This document shows positions 1-13,499 of a DNA stretch of 64,000 nt, one piece after another. The stretch covers positions 36,371,767 through 36,435,766 of the forward strand of contig NC_068994.1 in NCBI RefSeq assembly GCF_001194135.2, written 5' to 3'. Both the position numbers and the translations under genes were made by a program. Numbering within the stretch: the stretch's first letter is position 1; each line of letters starts with the position of its first letter. The DNA is from Octopus bimaculoides. Lineage: Eukaryota. The notes under the pieces are model-generated. The model saw only the letters and a list, made by a program, of their open reading frames with translations. It was not told where the DNA came from and did no database searches.

Positions 1-37
<37 letters not shown>

Positions 38-337
38 TATATATACATACATATGTATATACACACATATATGCATATATATATACATACATATACATAC
101 ATACATACATACCTATATATATATTCATGTAGTGATTATTCTAGAATTAGATTTATAGATAGATATATATTTCTCTTAACCCTCTATTTGATGTTAGCAC
201 TAGTATACATACATATACATGTGTGTGGTGGAGTGTATATAGAACTTAAAAGTGTGTGTCTTGAATATTTAAACTTAGGTGTTTTTACTTAGTTGTGTAT
301 GTGTGTTTGTCTGTGTATACATATATATATATGTATG

Positions 338-376
<39 letters not shown>

Positions 377-1270
377 NNNNNNNNNNNNNNNNNNNNNNNN
401 NNNNNNNNNNNNNNNNNNNNNNNNNNNNNNNNNNNNNNNNNNNNNNNNNNNNNNNNNNNNNNNNNNNNNNNNNNNNNNNNNNNNNNNNNNNNNNNNNNNN
501 NNNNNNNNNNNNNNNNNNNNNNNNNNNNNNNNNNNNNNNNNNNNNNNNNNNNNNNNNNNNNNNNNNNNNNNNNNNNNNNNNNNNNNNNNNNNNNNNNNNN
601 NNNNNNNNNNNNNNNNNNNNNNNNNNNNNNNNNNNNNNNNNNNNNNNNNNNNNNNNNNNNNNNNNNNNNNNNNNNNNNNNNNNNNNNNNNNNNNNNNNNN
701 NNNNNNNNNNNNNNNNNNNNNNNNNNNNNNNNNNNNNNNNNNNNNNNNNNNNNNNNNNNNNNNNNNNNNNNNNNNNNNNNNNNNNNNNNNNNNNNNNNNN
801 NNNNNNNNNNNNNNNNNNNNNNNNNNNNNNNNNNNNNNNNNNNTATATGTAAATTATATTTATATGTACATATCTATATGCATAATTATATATATGTACA
901 TGTGTGTGTGTGCATGCACACACATTTATGTATATTCATATTTATGCATACATATATATATATACATACACACATACGCATATGTAAACATATACACATA
1001 TTCCATATGCATTCACATACATACACACCATATATCTGTCTGTTTATATAAATATATCTATATTTATATCTTTATATATATTTATATATACACATGTGCA
1101 CTTACACACATGCATGCACATGCACTCACACACAGACATGCTCACACACACACTCATATATATATATTGCTTCTTTATATATATCTATATATAAGTATAT
1201 GTATTAATTCTGTGTTTTTGTGTGTTTATGTATATGTCAGTGTGTGTGTGTATGTGTACATGTGTGTCAG
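1..1270. repeat. (TA)n/(TACA)n/(CA)n/(TG)n compound microsatellite spanning an assembly gap
   Basis: Low-complexity dinucleotide and tetranucleotide runs on both sides of the N-run 377-843. The ORFs called here are artefacts. Confidence 0.95.
377..843. other. assembly gap
   Basis: Run of N. Confidence 1.
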
Positions 1271-4200
1271 TACACTTCCAAAAATGTAAAAGTGATTTGC
1301 CAAACAATATGTAATACTGCATCATTTCTGAAATATATTATATGATTTAGCACAATTAATTGTAAGTAAATTCTAAAAATAGATAAAGAACTAATATTGT
1401 TTTTTTTGGTTTTTGTTTATGATTTCCATAACTGAGAACAATACTTAGAAAATGAATATTGAAATGTCTATATTCACACAATGGATTTTGATAGTAATAT
1501 TATAAATTAAAATGAATTAAGCACTTACCAAAGAAGGTAAATAGTCTTCAATGTGTCATTAATTGAGATGTGTATCCTGCTGTAGAGTTATATCTTTACT
1601 GCTGCTGTTGTGTGCAAGCAGAACTGAGTGTCTTTGTATATGAAGTTGTGTAGGTATGAGAGTGAGGTCTGTAATTCTATCAAATATAGTGTGTATGTAA
1701 CGTCTGCGGCAGCCAATGACAGGCTGTTTATGGTTCCCATGGAAGGGAAACGGAAACTCTGCCTCTGATTCCTGCTGTAAAGAAGTAGATTTAATGAAGT
1801 GATGAGTCACATATAATCCTATAAACACTGTATAATACATATATGTATACATATTAAACTTGCTCTTTAATTCATACTAGAAGGTAGTGAAATTTACTTT
1901 AACTGTTTATTGAAAACAAATAAATGAAAGCTAAAAAAAATCAATATTTCTAAAAAAAATTTACCAAAGTTATCTTAGAATGGAAAAAGAAAAATTCTGT
2001 TTATTTAAAGAAGCTAAAAATTCAGTTATTTTAGTCTTTTCTCTCTTGCTTATCTTAGCATAGATTCATACATAGATATTGATTATGAAATATCTCAGTT
2101 AAAATTTCGAGTAGTCAGTATGAGAGTCCGAGAAATACAGATCTATGTCTCAGAATAAAGAATCAATAACATGGGCAGAGGGGATTATTGATTTTCTCAT
2201 TTATAGATAAGACCACTCTTCTATCAGTTTTATTGACAGTATTCTTCTTATGAATATTGTTAAATATTCTTGAAATTTTAATCTAATTATTGTTTTATTT
2301 TAGTGTTCACAAGACATTCAATGATGTATGTTGGAAAAATTTTATCTGTATTAGGTGTCAGTTGACAGTATATTAGAAATGTGCTTACTGAAACATTTTT
2401 AGAATTAGTATGTGGAATAATTAGTGTCTTTATTGATTTCATAAATAAAGGAATATTGTTCAATTGGATTAGTGCCAATCAAGCACCTTTACTTTGGAAG
2501 TATACCTAAGAAGAAAATGAAAGTTCAACATATTACAAGCAATTTCTGAGCAATTTATTTTAATCTTTTACAATGAAATTTTATATCTTATAATAATAGT
2601 GTCAGAAGTAATTTTATTGATATTTTGAGAATCATAACCTTGCTTGGAAGTTGGTAATCTTTCAAGGTGATTTATCCTATCTAAAACTAGAAATTACATA
2701 ATTTCAGGCACGTGAGCATAAGAATAACATTGGGTAGCTGAGCTTGTATGATCCTTTGGGAAGATTTAGTGTCTTCCCACAACTGTTAATGATTAAAAAA
2801 CAAAAACTTTGGCAAACTTATTTTGTTATTGACTTAATGAGTACTATTTTAGCTTTTGTACTTGTAGTCTATTTATAGAAAATTAGCTATTATATATTTG
2901 ATTTTACTACTGGACAAACATATTGATTAAATAACCCAATTAATTTCATTAGTATTGTGAAAGGTTTTGTAATGAATGTATCTGATAAAAATAAATATTG
3001 CTGAATATTTGAACCTTAACCTTACATTAGTAAAGAAAGACTTATTGATTATATTTGATTGTTATAAAAATATCAAAAGTTGTTATTCAAATCTAGTATT
3101 CAACTTGTAATGTCAAAAGGTTACAGATGTGATATTGTTGGTATTGAAAGTTTTTATCTCGACTGACTTAGTCTTGAATGATTTTTTAAATACATATATG
3201 AGTCTGAGGTATTTATGGCCTCATCAAGAGTGCATTGCTCCAATCAGGATGGTTTGGTTACTATGGTGACTATGTTTGTGTTGCAACATAAATAGTCTAA
3301 GTAACCTCACTGCTGTTATCTATTGCTAGCTAAGTTACTGCCATGGACATTAACTTATAACCAGTATTAACTGAATATTACTCTAATCAGCTAATGGTTA
3401 GGTACTATTATTGATAGCATTTTGATATTGTATGGAGACAATATGCAGTCAATAAAAGAGGTACTAAAAATATTTTCAGATTTTAACATATTGTAATGGT
3501 AAAAAAAAAATACTGTTAATACTGAGATTTATAGATAAACAATTCACCAATTTTTTTAAAACATCCTTCAAATATGCCAAAATGTAATGTTAAAATTCCC
3601 ACTACATTTCACAAGTAAACACAGTTTTAATATTTCTTCTATACTTAGCTAGGTTGACTGTTTGTGTGTTGATAAGAGAAGTTTAGAGAGGGAGAGAGAG
3701 AGATTTGTGTGCTGTCTGCAAGTGTGCATGCATTTATCTTTGGCTAATGATTTTTAACCTTTGCTGCATTACTGCAAATTTCAAGAGTTGATAGATTATG
3801 ATCATTTAACAAGAGTCAAAATTTTACCCATAGTGTTTGGGAAATAGATGTCACAGTCTTGCCCTTGAATTGTGTAACATCCAACATTGAATTTGATAAA
3901 TTTAAGACTACTTGACGAAAATCTTGTGAGTATACTAGTTCACTGCCAGACCTCTGTAATGCACTGGAGATCATACAAACATTAGTGAAGTAACTATTAT
4001 TACTGGTAGAAATGGTTGATAATTGGACTAAATGCTTTGCAATATTTAATGTCCAGATATTACCAGGGTTAACTTTCTTTTTCATCATCCTTCTAATGCT
4101 GTTGTTGTTTAGTCCATATCAAAGGTGTGATCAACCTATGATCAAAGAGGTCCCAAGTGTGACCATCTCATCTTGTTTTCAGTCATAGTGTATGTATAAA

Positions 4201-5142
4201 AACTACATTATTGAATATATCTTTTCACTTTTAAGATTGTTAGGTCTCATGCCCTTTCTAGCAGATCTAATGACCATATAGAGGTTTCCTCATTGGCTTG
4301 CATAGAAGCTTCCTTGTTAACTTACCCTTTCATAATTTATGATAGAAATATCTGAAATATACTATTGTTACTTCATGTTATAGCTGTGGGTAACAGATGC
4401 CAGATTTGGGAGAATGCTATAGAAATATTTTGTATTCATTTCTTGCATTTCTGATGTCTATGTCCAGGGACTTAGTCTTTCATTCTTTGGCATTGAGAGT
4501 GTAAAACTTAAGCAGAAACTAATATCAGTTTTATAGACTGTGCACTCCTCAATAATTTGTTGCCTTGCTGCAATGTTACGGTAGAGTTCTGGACTAAAGA
4601 GTTGTGGTATTATCATGTTTTTCTCTCTTCATTAAGATCTGAAACTCTGCTTGAGTCAAATTAAGTATTGATTGAGGTTGAATCAGTTAGCTATATCAAT
4701 TACCTGCACATTTATGACCCCATGTCAATCTAAAAAGAATCATTACAAAGGAATATTGCAGATTCTATAGAACACTACACAAAATGCCTAACAATATTTA
4801 GTTATATCTCTTCATTTTCAGTTCCTGTATTGCTGAAGTCAACTTTGCCCTTTAATCCACAAGGAATTGAGAGAACAAATACCAGTGGCTTACCAGGTTT
4901 GATTTTTATTATTATGCATTTGATTCATTCGCCTCTATGTCTGTGGCTTTGTGATCATATAAGAAATCATCATTAATATTGATTTATTCTGATGACACTG
5001 ATTGCATAAAACTTGTGTGCATAGTTGACAATAAGCAGCATCCATTTTCTTGTTGATGTATTTTGGTTTGACTCTTATGTAGTGGCTGTGTTCCCTTAAT
5101 ATGTATACTAATAATATATAGTGGTATAGTGAAAACACATTG

Positions 5143-5330
5143 CTTTGTAGTTAGGGTGTTGTGTACATGATCATAAGGCTGTGGGTTCAATTCTGGACCG
5201 ATTGGTGTCATGTGTCTCTGAAAATGACACTTCATTTCATGCTGCTTTACTCTATGCTGCTGAAATGAGTACCATGTAAGTGCTGGTGTGGCTCTCTCTT
5301 ATTCCAGCTGTCATGTCATGAATGTTCTGC
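5143..5330 (+). mobile_element. degenerate tRNA-derived SINE
   Basis: B-box GGTTCAATTC at ~5184-5193, followed by GACACTTCATTTCATGCTGC. Related segments occur at ~27075-27235 and ~48410-48560. Confidence 0.6.
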
Positions 5331-5509
5331 TGAGCCAAGTGTTGGGAGGCCAAGAGAATATCTATATCTCCTCTCAACTACATAGGCACCTAAAACAATT
5401 AACAGAACTATAGCACATACTACCAACTAATACTCATTTGTGAGTGATGGTTGTGGTTTTTTTTTGTATATAATACTATGGACGTATTTCATCTAGTTGA
5501 TTAGCTTTA

Positions 5510-6895
5510 TACATTCAAACTAAATCAAATTTGTGAATGGTAGGTTAATAAAGATAATGGTACTTGAGTTACAAAATGCGAGAGTTAATTCCCACCTGTT
5601 TCTTAATGTTACTTGCTTAAGTATGAGAATTATCAAACAATTACTGATACCACATGCAAGTAAAGTATCTTTGATCATCATTCTAGAACATTTGAAACCA
5701 TTCTTCAAACAAGAAATAGCAAAAGAACTGTTTGGTTTTTTAGAAGCAAATGTGGCTCAAGAGATCATTTGCACCATCTCACACAATTTTGGAAAAATCA
5801 AGAGCCTAACAAGCTTTCCTTTACTACACTGACTACAAAAAGACCTCTGACTGAACAAACTATAGCCACATGTAGCACATTATGTCTAATATCAGTGTTC
5901 TGAAACACATCATTAAACTCATCAAGCAGCTTTACATTCAACAAATGTCCTGCCTTTAAGTAAATAATGAGAACACAGAAAAGTCCAAAAATGGGAAAGG
6001 AGTTCATCAGGGTTGTATTTTTCTCCATGTTTGTTCAACATCTACACTAAGTGAAGAATACGAGAAGCAATACAGGAAGAAAATGGCATCAGAATATATG
6101 TCTTGCATATTTCTAATCTAAGGTATGCAGATGTTACTGCTCTACTTAGTAAGAATGAAACTAGAATATAAGAGATGATAAATAGAGTCAATAAGGTATC
6201 AAATATGCATGATCTTTAATCCCAACCATAAGAAAACAAAAGTAGTAGGAGAAGAGTAAGTAAATATTAACATCAAACTGAGCAGTGAGAGGCTTGAACA
6301 AGTTGAAGTGTACAAGTATATTGGAGCCAAAATCTCTGAAACTGCATGTAAATTTAGGACATGGCTGTCCAAGGCAAGAATGTCCATGGAAAAGCGTGAT
6401 AACACCGGACAAGCAAAAGTGTCCCAACTAAGTCATAAACAGGGCTAGAGGTCATTGTGAGTGTTCATTTGGCCAATTGACATTTATGATTGCGAAGCAT
6501 AGACTCTGATTAAATTTAAAGAGAACATAATCAATGTGTTTGAAATGTGGGTCTATAGGAGAATGTTAAGAGTTTCTTACAAGGATCATTAAACAAATGA
6601 ATAGGTGTTACAAGAATTGGGTGAAAGACAACAACACTTGAACTTTGTGAGAAAACAAAAGCTCTCTACCATGACCATATATGAACCAAATGGAGGCTTG
6701 GAAAGCATTATCATGGAAGGAAGAGTGGAGTGCAGTAGATCAAAAGGCAGGCAGAGAATGCAATGAATGGACAATCTCAAGAGCTCGTTGGACAAGAGTG
6801 ACAAGGCAGGTGGAGAACTTGCACTGAATTGGGAAGACTTTCATTGTAGTGTCATCAATGCACTGTAGATGGTGATACATGACAATGATGACTCT
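5510..6895 (+). mobile_element. 5'-truncated RTE-clade LINE, decayed reverse transcriptase and 3' end
   Basis: Translated motifs in the expected order: LIPHASKV (ORF 5533-5832), GKGVHQGCI then a frameshift then SPCLFNIY (~5993-6045), ISNLRYADV (YADD-like, 6124), YKYIG, FEMWVYRRML, IMEGRVE...KGRQR. Ends in a short TGA/GAT-type tail. Stops and frameshifts present. Confidence 0.9.
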
Positions 6896-9800
6896 TTTTT
6901 CATTTCTTACCACTTTTGCTTATTCCTACTATAACTTTTTGTCTTTCTGTCTACCTTTCTGTTCTAACAAACATGCACGTTTATTAAGGATACTAATGAT
7001 TAAATAAAAGATCTGTATTTTATATCCTATCATCAGAATTGCATTGTGTCTGTTATTGAAATAAACTCTCAAAGAACCTACTGTGCCTAGTTATACCATA
7101 ACACCTTCATGTAGAATCAATGTAATGCTGTTGGGAACAGTTGTAAGGCTAATTTTAAAAGTGGGTTTTGTTTAAATTTGCTTGAGTTTGGAGATAATGA
7201 TGCAAGAATAGTGTCAGGATAAAGGAAGTAGAAAAGTGTGACTAAGGTGGCATCAGAAGGACTTCAACAAGTAGCAAAACTTTGTGCAGGAGAAGACTTG
7301 CCTAAACCATTTAAGCAGAGAATAACAGTTGTAAAATTATGATGATTATGACAGGGATTGAGTTTAGGATACATGTTATTTACATTTGGGTTTCTCTCTT
7401 CCGTTGTGTCTCTGTCTATTGCTCCCCTCCCACTGTGTTTGTTACTCTCTAAATGATCATCCTTTACCTCTTTCACACTGGCTATTGAATTTAAAAGTTT
7501 GATTGAATAGTAGTTGTACATGCTTGTGGTTTCTTATTGATGAGAAAATATTCTAATTTTAGTATTTTCAAAGTATATTATTAGTGTTAGTTTAGTGCAA
7601 TGCATTTTGTGTTCTGTTCAAGAATTTTTTTTTTATATGTTCATGTATTCAGTACTGAGGATGCTTTTGATTTTAGCTATAGAAACCATGCCAAAAAAAA
7701 ACGACTATGTGTGAGACATGGTATTTTAGTCCAACAAGGACAGTAACTCCAAAGAAGAAATAATCTGGGCAGTGATAACTGCATGAGTCTGTTCTTATTT
7801 GGAATTGCTGCCCCAATGTATGAATAAATGTATGTGTGTATAAATTTCATTCATATATTTAATAAGCATATATTTAATATTCATGTGAAAATGCAACATG
7901 TGAACAAACCACAAAAGCCTCAGCAACTTAAGAGTGAAGAATTTCCAATTAGTTCTTTGTAGTTTTATATTTTTAATACTCAACAAAGATCACTTACTCC
8001 ACTGCCCAAATACTAAAACAATAAGTAGAATGTATTGACTTATGCAAATAAATTACTACTGGCATTAAAGAAGGCATTTGCACTTGAAGATTTAAAACTA
8101 GATTTTGGCAATATGTTGGCTCCTTTTGCTCTATATCTGGTTGCACTATTTTTGTATTATGGCTTTTGATAGCATCAGACCTGCTTTTCATGCATTTTAA
8201 TGCTGTTTATGTTAAATAACTTGTTGAATTAATTGCCACCAATTAGTTTGAAGAAATGTTTTTCGGCATTGGCTTTTGTGGTATTGTATAGTAGGCTAAT
8301 GTTGCCATTAGTAACACATCAACTACATAGGGATTACAGAGCACCCCTTCCAGAGTGCTTAGCACCAAAACAGCAGTTTAGTACATCATTGTCACCTAGA
8401 AAATACCATCACACATTCAAAGCTCATTTGGAAATCAAGTGACCACTGGTATTTCAAGAGCACCTTCTTAGGTCAGAGGTGTTTAAAAACAGTTCAAAAT
8501 TCTGCAGTTTCTATCTCCAAGAGATGCTTTACATCACCCAAAATTCTACTCCAATTGAAATAAGAACAAACTAATTGTGACTTTCTTAGAATTTCAAATC
8601 AGATTCTACCTGATGTACAACAGAAAATAAATGACTATCAATACAACCTAGAGTTTTACTATTTTCAAACCCACTTATATGCACATTTGACAGACTGATC
8701 AATACTGCAGTTCAGGTTATATGATCCTTGTTTATCTTACATAAACTTATATAAGTATGTATAAAGAGACTTGGAAACTGCTTGCTTTTGCAAGTGCAGT
8801 CTGTTAAAAACTCTGCATCCAAGACTCCAGCAAGTTTCAGAGCTTTCATCAAGAGAGAATGTACAACATCTCAGTGCCTTCCTCTTGACAATTTTCCAAA
8901 ACACTGCTTCTCCCCACACAACAAACGCACACATAACCTCACTTATGTGAGGCTCCACCTACTGGATTGATTGGCTAGTATTCAATCTGAAGTCGATTTT
9001 TGGATCATCCTCACCATTCAATTGTGGAGTCGTATATATAACAGTTTCACTTAGTTCTACATTATTGAAAGTGTCATAGATATAGGACACGTCCAAAGCC
9101 TCTGACGATGTGGATGTGTTGCATACCCACAAAATTCTAAGTAATGTGGAAACTGAGATCATTATCAAATATTTATTACTCCAACTAAATGTGTCAAGTG
9201 CTACTTTCTTTCGTTTGTTCTCTCACTGTTGTGTGTGGATTTGTGGGTGTGTTTTCATATATAAAAATACACAAGCACAAATATAGACAGACCTGATTTC
9301 AGATATGATACATTATGTATTGAAACAGTTATATTCATGTGAGTTAATACCCTTTAATATGTATAATATTTTGAATCCTTCATTAAATCGTTGTCTCCTT
9401 GAATTTCATTTGAGAATTACAGTAAATATACATGGTTTTTAGACTGAGTTTTATTTTTTTTTCTCTTGAGTTTCATGTTACTGCAATCTCCAAGCAAAAT
9501 CTTGCCTGAAAGTCACAATGTTAGGAAACTCATGTAGTGAGATGAAATTCATTTTCACTAAATCATATATTCTGCAACATGTTTTGGGTGTGTGTGTGTG
9601 TGTTTATGAGTGAGTGTGTGTATGTATATATATATGGGCTCACATAATCATATGTATATAAAAAGAAAGATATTTATTTGGACACATACACACACACACA
9701 CACACAGATATATATACACATATGCACACAAACATATATATGTATAATATTGTTTTTGTGAAGAACTTTACTTAAAAAAAATCTGTTATTGATAGTATAC

Positions 9801-12800
9801 TTATGCTCCAGTTTTAACTTTTTATCAAGGAATTTTCATATACTTCTTTATTATTCATCTACATTCTGTTTATAACAATAAAAACTGCAATAACAACTTT
9901 TACTAAAATCATTTCATTCAAGTCTTTTCAATACCTCCCAGTCTTATCTTCTGGATGAAATGATTTCAGTAAAATTTGCTATTGCAGTTTGTATTGTAGG
10001 CGAGAATTATAGGAATGCTATTCTTTTTGTGTCTCATTTGTTATCATATGGAAATATGAAAAACTTTTAATAAAATTCAAAACTAATGCATAGTCATATT
10101 TTCAATAACACCCACCCACATACACATACGTACGCTGATGCACACATGTGCACATATGATCACACATTTCATATGCAAGTATGGAGGATGTAGTACTGCA
10201 AACTAGTTTCAGCATATGTAAAATGATTGTTTTGGTACTGTTGAAAGAGATTAGTGTCATGTTCCTATTGGAGGATGTTTTCAAGATAATTTTCATGGAA
10301 ACTGCAGCTTTTGTTTGATGTATCTTAAAAGCATATGGATAATGCTAGCATGAGGAAAATTAACTTTGGAGTGAAGAGTAGCATTATCTTTCTAGGAGTA
10401 CATGTAGCTAAAAGTGTCTATGAGGGTAATTTTTCTCTTATTTTTTGTCAGGAAGGAAGGAAGGCAATACCTTGACCCTTTACAAGCAAGTACTTTTGAC
10501 CACCTAGACTGGTGGGAGGGAGGTATCCTCTGATGGAAAAATGACCCAAAAGCTTGCAATAGAGTGGCTCTGCTAAAAGAACACCAAGGGCACTAGGTAC
10601 AAGGTTAAACAAGGTGAAGGATTAAGTCTACTATCCAGGGCAGGATTTGAACTCAAACAGACAAAGCTAGCACAAACACTGCAAAGCATATAGTATAGCA
10701 TTCTTATAGTTCTGCAAATCCACAACTTTAAGTTGGTAGTTTTTTATCAACCTCAAAAGAATGAAAGACCTTTGTTAAATTTGAATTCAGAGAACAGAGA
10801 GTTGGAACACATATCATGAGGCATTTCTGCTGATACAGAAAAAGGAGTGGGATACATGGTTGAAATCTTGAATTATATTGAATTTGATAAAAATGAACGG
10901 GAATGTTTCATTATCACACAAAATAGAACGATATGAATGGAAGCTTTCTGTGTAAGAGAATAGTGAAGAATAGCAGCCTATAAGCAGGCAGCTTAGGAGT
11001 TTCTTTTGGGTATATGTTTTACTGTTAAGGACAACATTCCTTCTACTGGAAAAGAAACAACTGTATTGTACTTTAGAATGATAAGTCTCCAGTAGATTTA
11101 GCTCTGAGTAAATTATACTAATATTCACTCAGATGTGATAGACAAAATATCAAAAATTATGAATATTTTCAGTTTTTTTCCTCCATCAGGGGCATATATC
11201 TTGTGTGTCGTTTGTGTTCACTGAACAGCAAATTCATAAATATTTAGCTCACTCAAGGATATAATTATGGCTTATATGAGAAATTAATTTTTTTGCTCTT
11301 TGCTAGGAAATACTGTGGCAGTTGTTCTATTACAATATTTCATAGCATTGCACACCCCACAGCTAACTTTATTATGATATGGCAATGGGCAAATAGGATA
11401 ATGGATGAGTGACAAAAATTAGGACTGAACAGTGAGTGACATTTTGTGTTTTGCTTTTTTTTTTTTTTCAAAGTTGCATGGATGAATTCAGCAAAAATTC
11501 ATCAAGAGAAATTGATTTCCTTTATAATAATTATGCTCTTGTAGTATCGTAATAGAATCTGGTTGTATTTTGTTTTCAAATTTAATAATACCCACTCAGA
11601 ATTAAAGATTAACTTGGGTCAGGGTCTGGTGTTGTTGATGTAACAAATTCAGCTGATATTTGCATTAGTTAATAAGTTTAGCCTGGCAAGTTGTGTGTTG
11701 ATATATTCACTCATTTTAATTATTTTCTTGATTAACCTTTTAGCATTCAGATTATGCTCTCAAATGTAATGCATATTTTTTCACATTGTTTTGAATTAAT
11801 AATGCATTGTCTTGTAGCTTCGAGATTTTGATGACATGATTGTTTATTTTTGCAATGACATTGTAGGGTAGGTGTGAGGGGTTGCATCTGGTTCATTTGA
11901 ACATAAAACAGGTAAAAATTTGGGGCAAATATGGCGAGTTTAAATGCTAAGGAGTTAAGTGGCCTATCAAAACAGCAGAGTGATGCAACTGAACCAAAGA
12001 AGCTCATTTTATAAAGTCATCATTGAACTGTTTAGTTCTCAAAATAAATGAATAATACTGATGTATAAATTAGTTAAATAGGTGAAATTATTTGGTGTTT
12101 TTATTTTCTACTTTATGTCTAAGTAGGTATGAATTTCATATAGTGTATACTATGGATGCAAAAGAAGTGTAATTCATAATGGAAATGCAGTTTATTTATG
12201 CATGACAATGAAGACCGTATGGACCAATATGGGCCATTGGACCCAAAGCTCGCAGAACCTCAAGCATTGGAGGCTCCTTTAACTCAGAGAAGCGTAAAGC
12301 TTGGGGCTAAAAAAATTTTTAAATATTTACAGTAATCAAATAATTTGTATTTCTTTTTACTTGTTTAAATTTGTTTTAATTAAGTAGAATTCTCTTCAAA
12401 TTATCAAGCTTTCTTTCAACTTATTTGACCCTTTAAAAGGCTATTAAATTTAACTTGAGGCTTAAAACAGTTAAAAGAGAATTTGTATGGAGTATAATAT
12501 GTATTTATGGTAGGTGGTAAGCAAAATAGAAAATACATAAATATCATCTAAATTAAGAAAGGCCTAATATTTGGGGATAAGCCTAATTTTAGATGGTAAG
12601 CCTAGTACAGTGATGCTGATTTAATACCACCACCTGGCCATTAAACACCTTTAGTGATGCTTATACTATTGCTAGCTTTCTGTCCTGGCCTCCAGTTTGA
12701 AAACCTTCAAAAATTTAGAACATTTTGTCAGAAGGCACAGCAGAAACATTTCTGAGTAGATTACTGTCACTAGACAGTAGGTAGGTAACATTTTGAAATA

Positions 12801-13325
12801 CATCCCTATCAACTGGGGAATAGTCCTATATCCTCATTTACCACTGTTTGTGACAGAGGGCCCTAGTAAGCATACATACAATTGGGTTACTTGTGAGGAT
12901 CATGATAGAGATTACAAGTAAGCTATATTTTGTGGTTTTCACTTCTCTGACACATCAAAATCACTGTATAAATAATTAAATCAAATTACATAGATGATAA
13001 ATCAGCTAGACATTCCTACCACTTCTTTCCTAACATCTATGCACTTCTGTCCATGAATGTTTGGGAAGATGTTTCTGGTCAGGTAAGTTCAAAAATAATC
13101 CACAATGAGTAATCATGTAAACCAGTACAATCTGTTTCATAGTCAGGCTGACACTGATTAAACTAACACCTCTTTGGGTATATCCCTGGTACGTGTCTAC
13201 TAGATTGAATGAACTCAACAAAGTGCAATGGTTATACACTAAACCTACAGATGGAGCAGTGTCTTATTAAAACTTTTGAGTCAAGTATTGCCAATTCTTT
13301 TTGCAGTTCCTTGCACCTGGTGTCT

Positions 13326-13339
13326 CTCTCTTTTGTCTC

Positions 13340-13420
<81 letters not shown>

Positions 13421-13447
13421 TCACACACACACACACACACACACACA
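13326..13447. repeat. (TC)n(CA)n microsatellite
   Basis: Direct read. Confidence 0.97.
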
Positions 13448-13499
13448 TTAGCCTTGCCTGTTTTTACTGATCCAGGTGGGAGTAGCCTTTGATAAATTT

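Noticed and set aside
53-1289. ORFs up to 336 aa
   Set aside because: They are translations of microsatellites and N-runs.
4325-4350. 26-nt minus-strand micro-exon candidate (DISIINYER) with donor AGG/GTAAGT
   Set aside because: Too short to distinguish from chance, and it lies beyond the stop-containing exon at 59514.
7994-8442. Protein-looking short frames on both strands
   Set aside because: No recognisable family and no consistent splice-site pair.
10814-11128. 104-aa minus-strand ORF
   Set aside because: No homology recognised; the best acceptor is in phase 2 and the composition looks non-coding.
12990-13200. FFPNIYALL peptide and plus-strand donor CAG/GTAAGT
   Set aside because: Reminiscent of a hAT dimerisation domain, but there are too few residues and no TIR was found.
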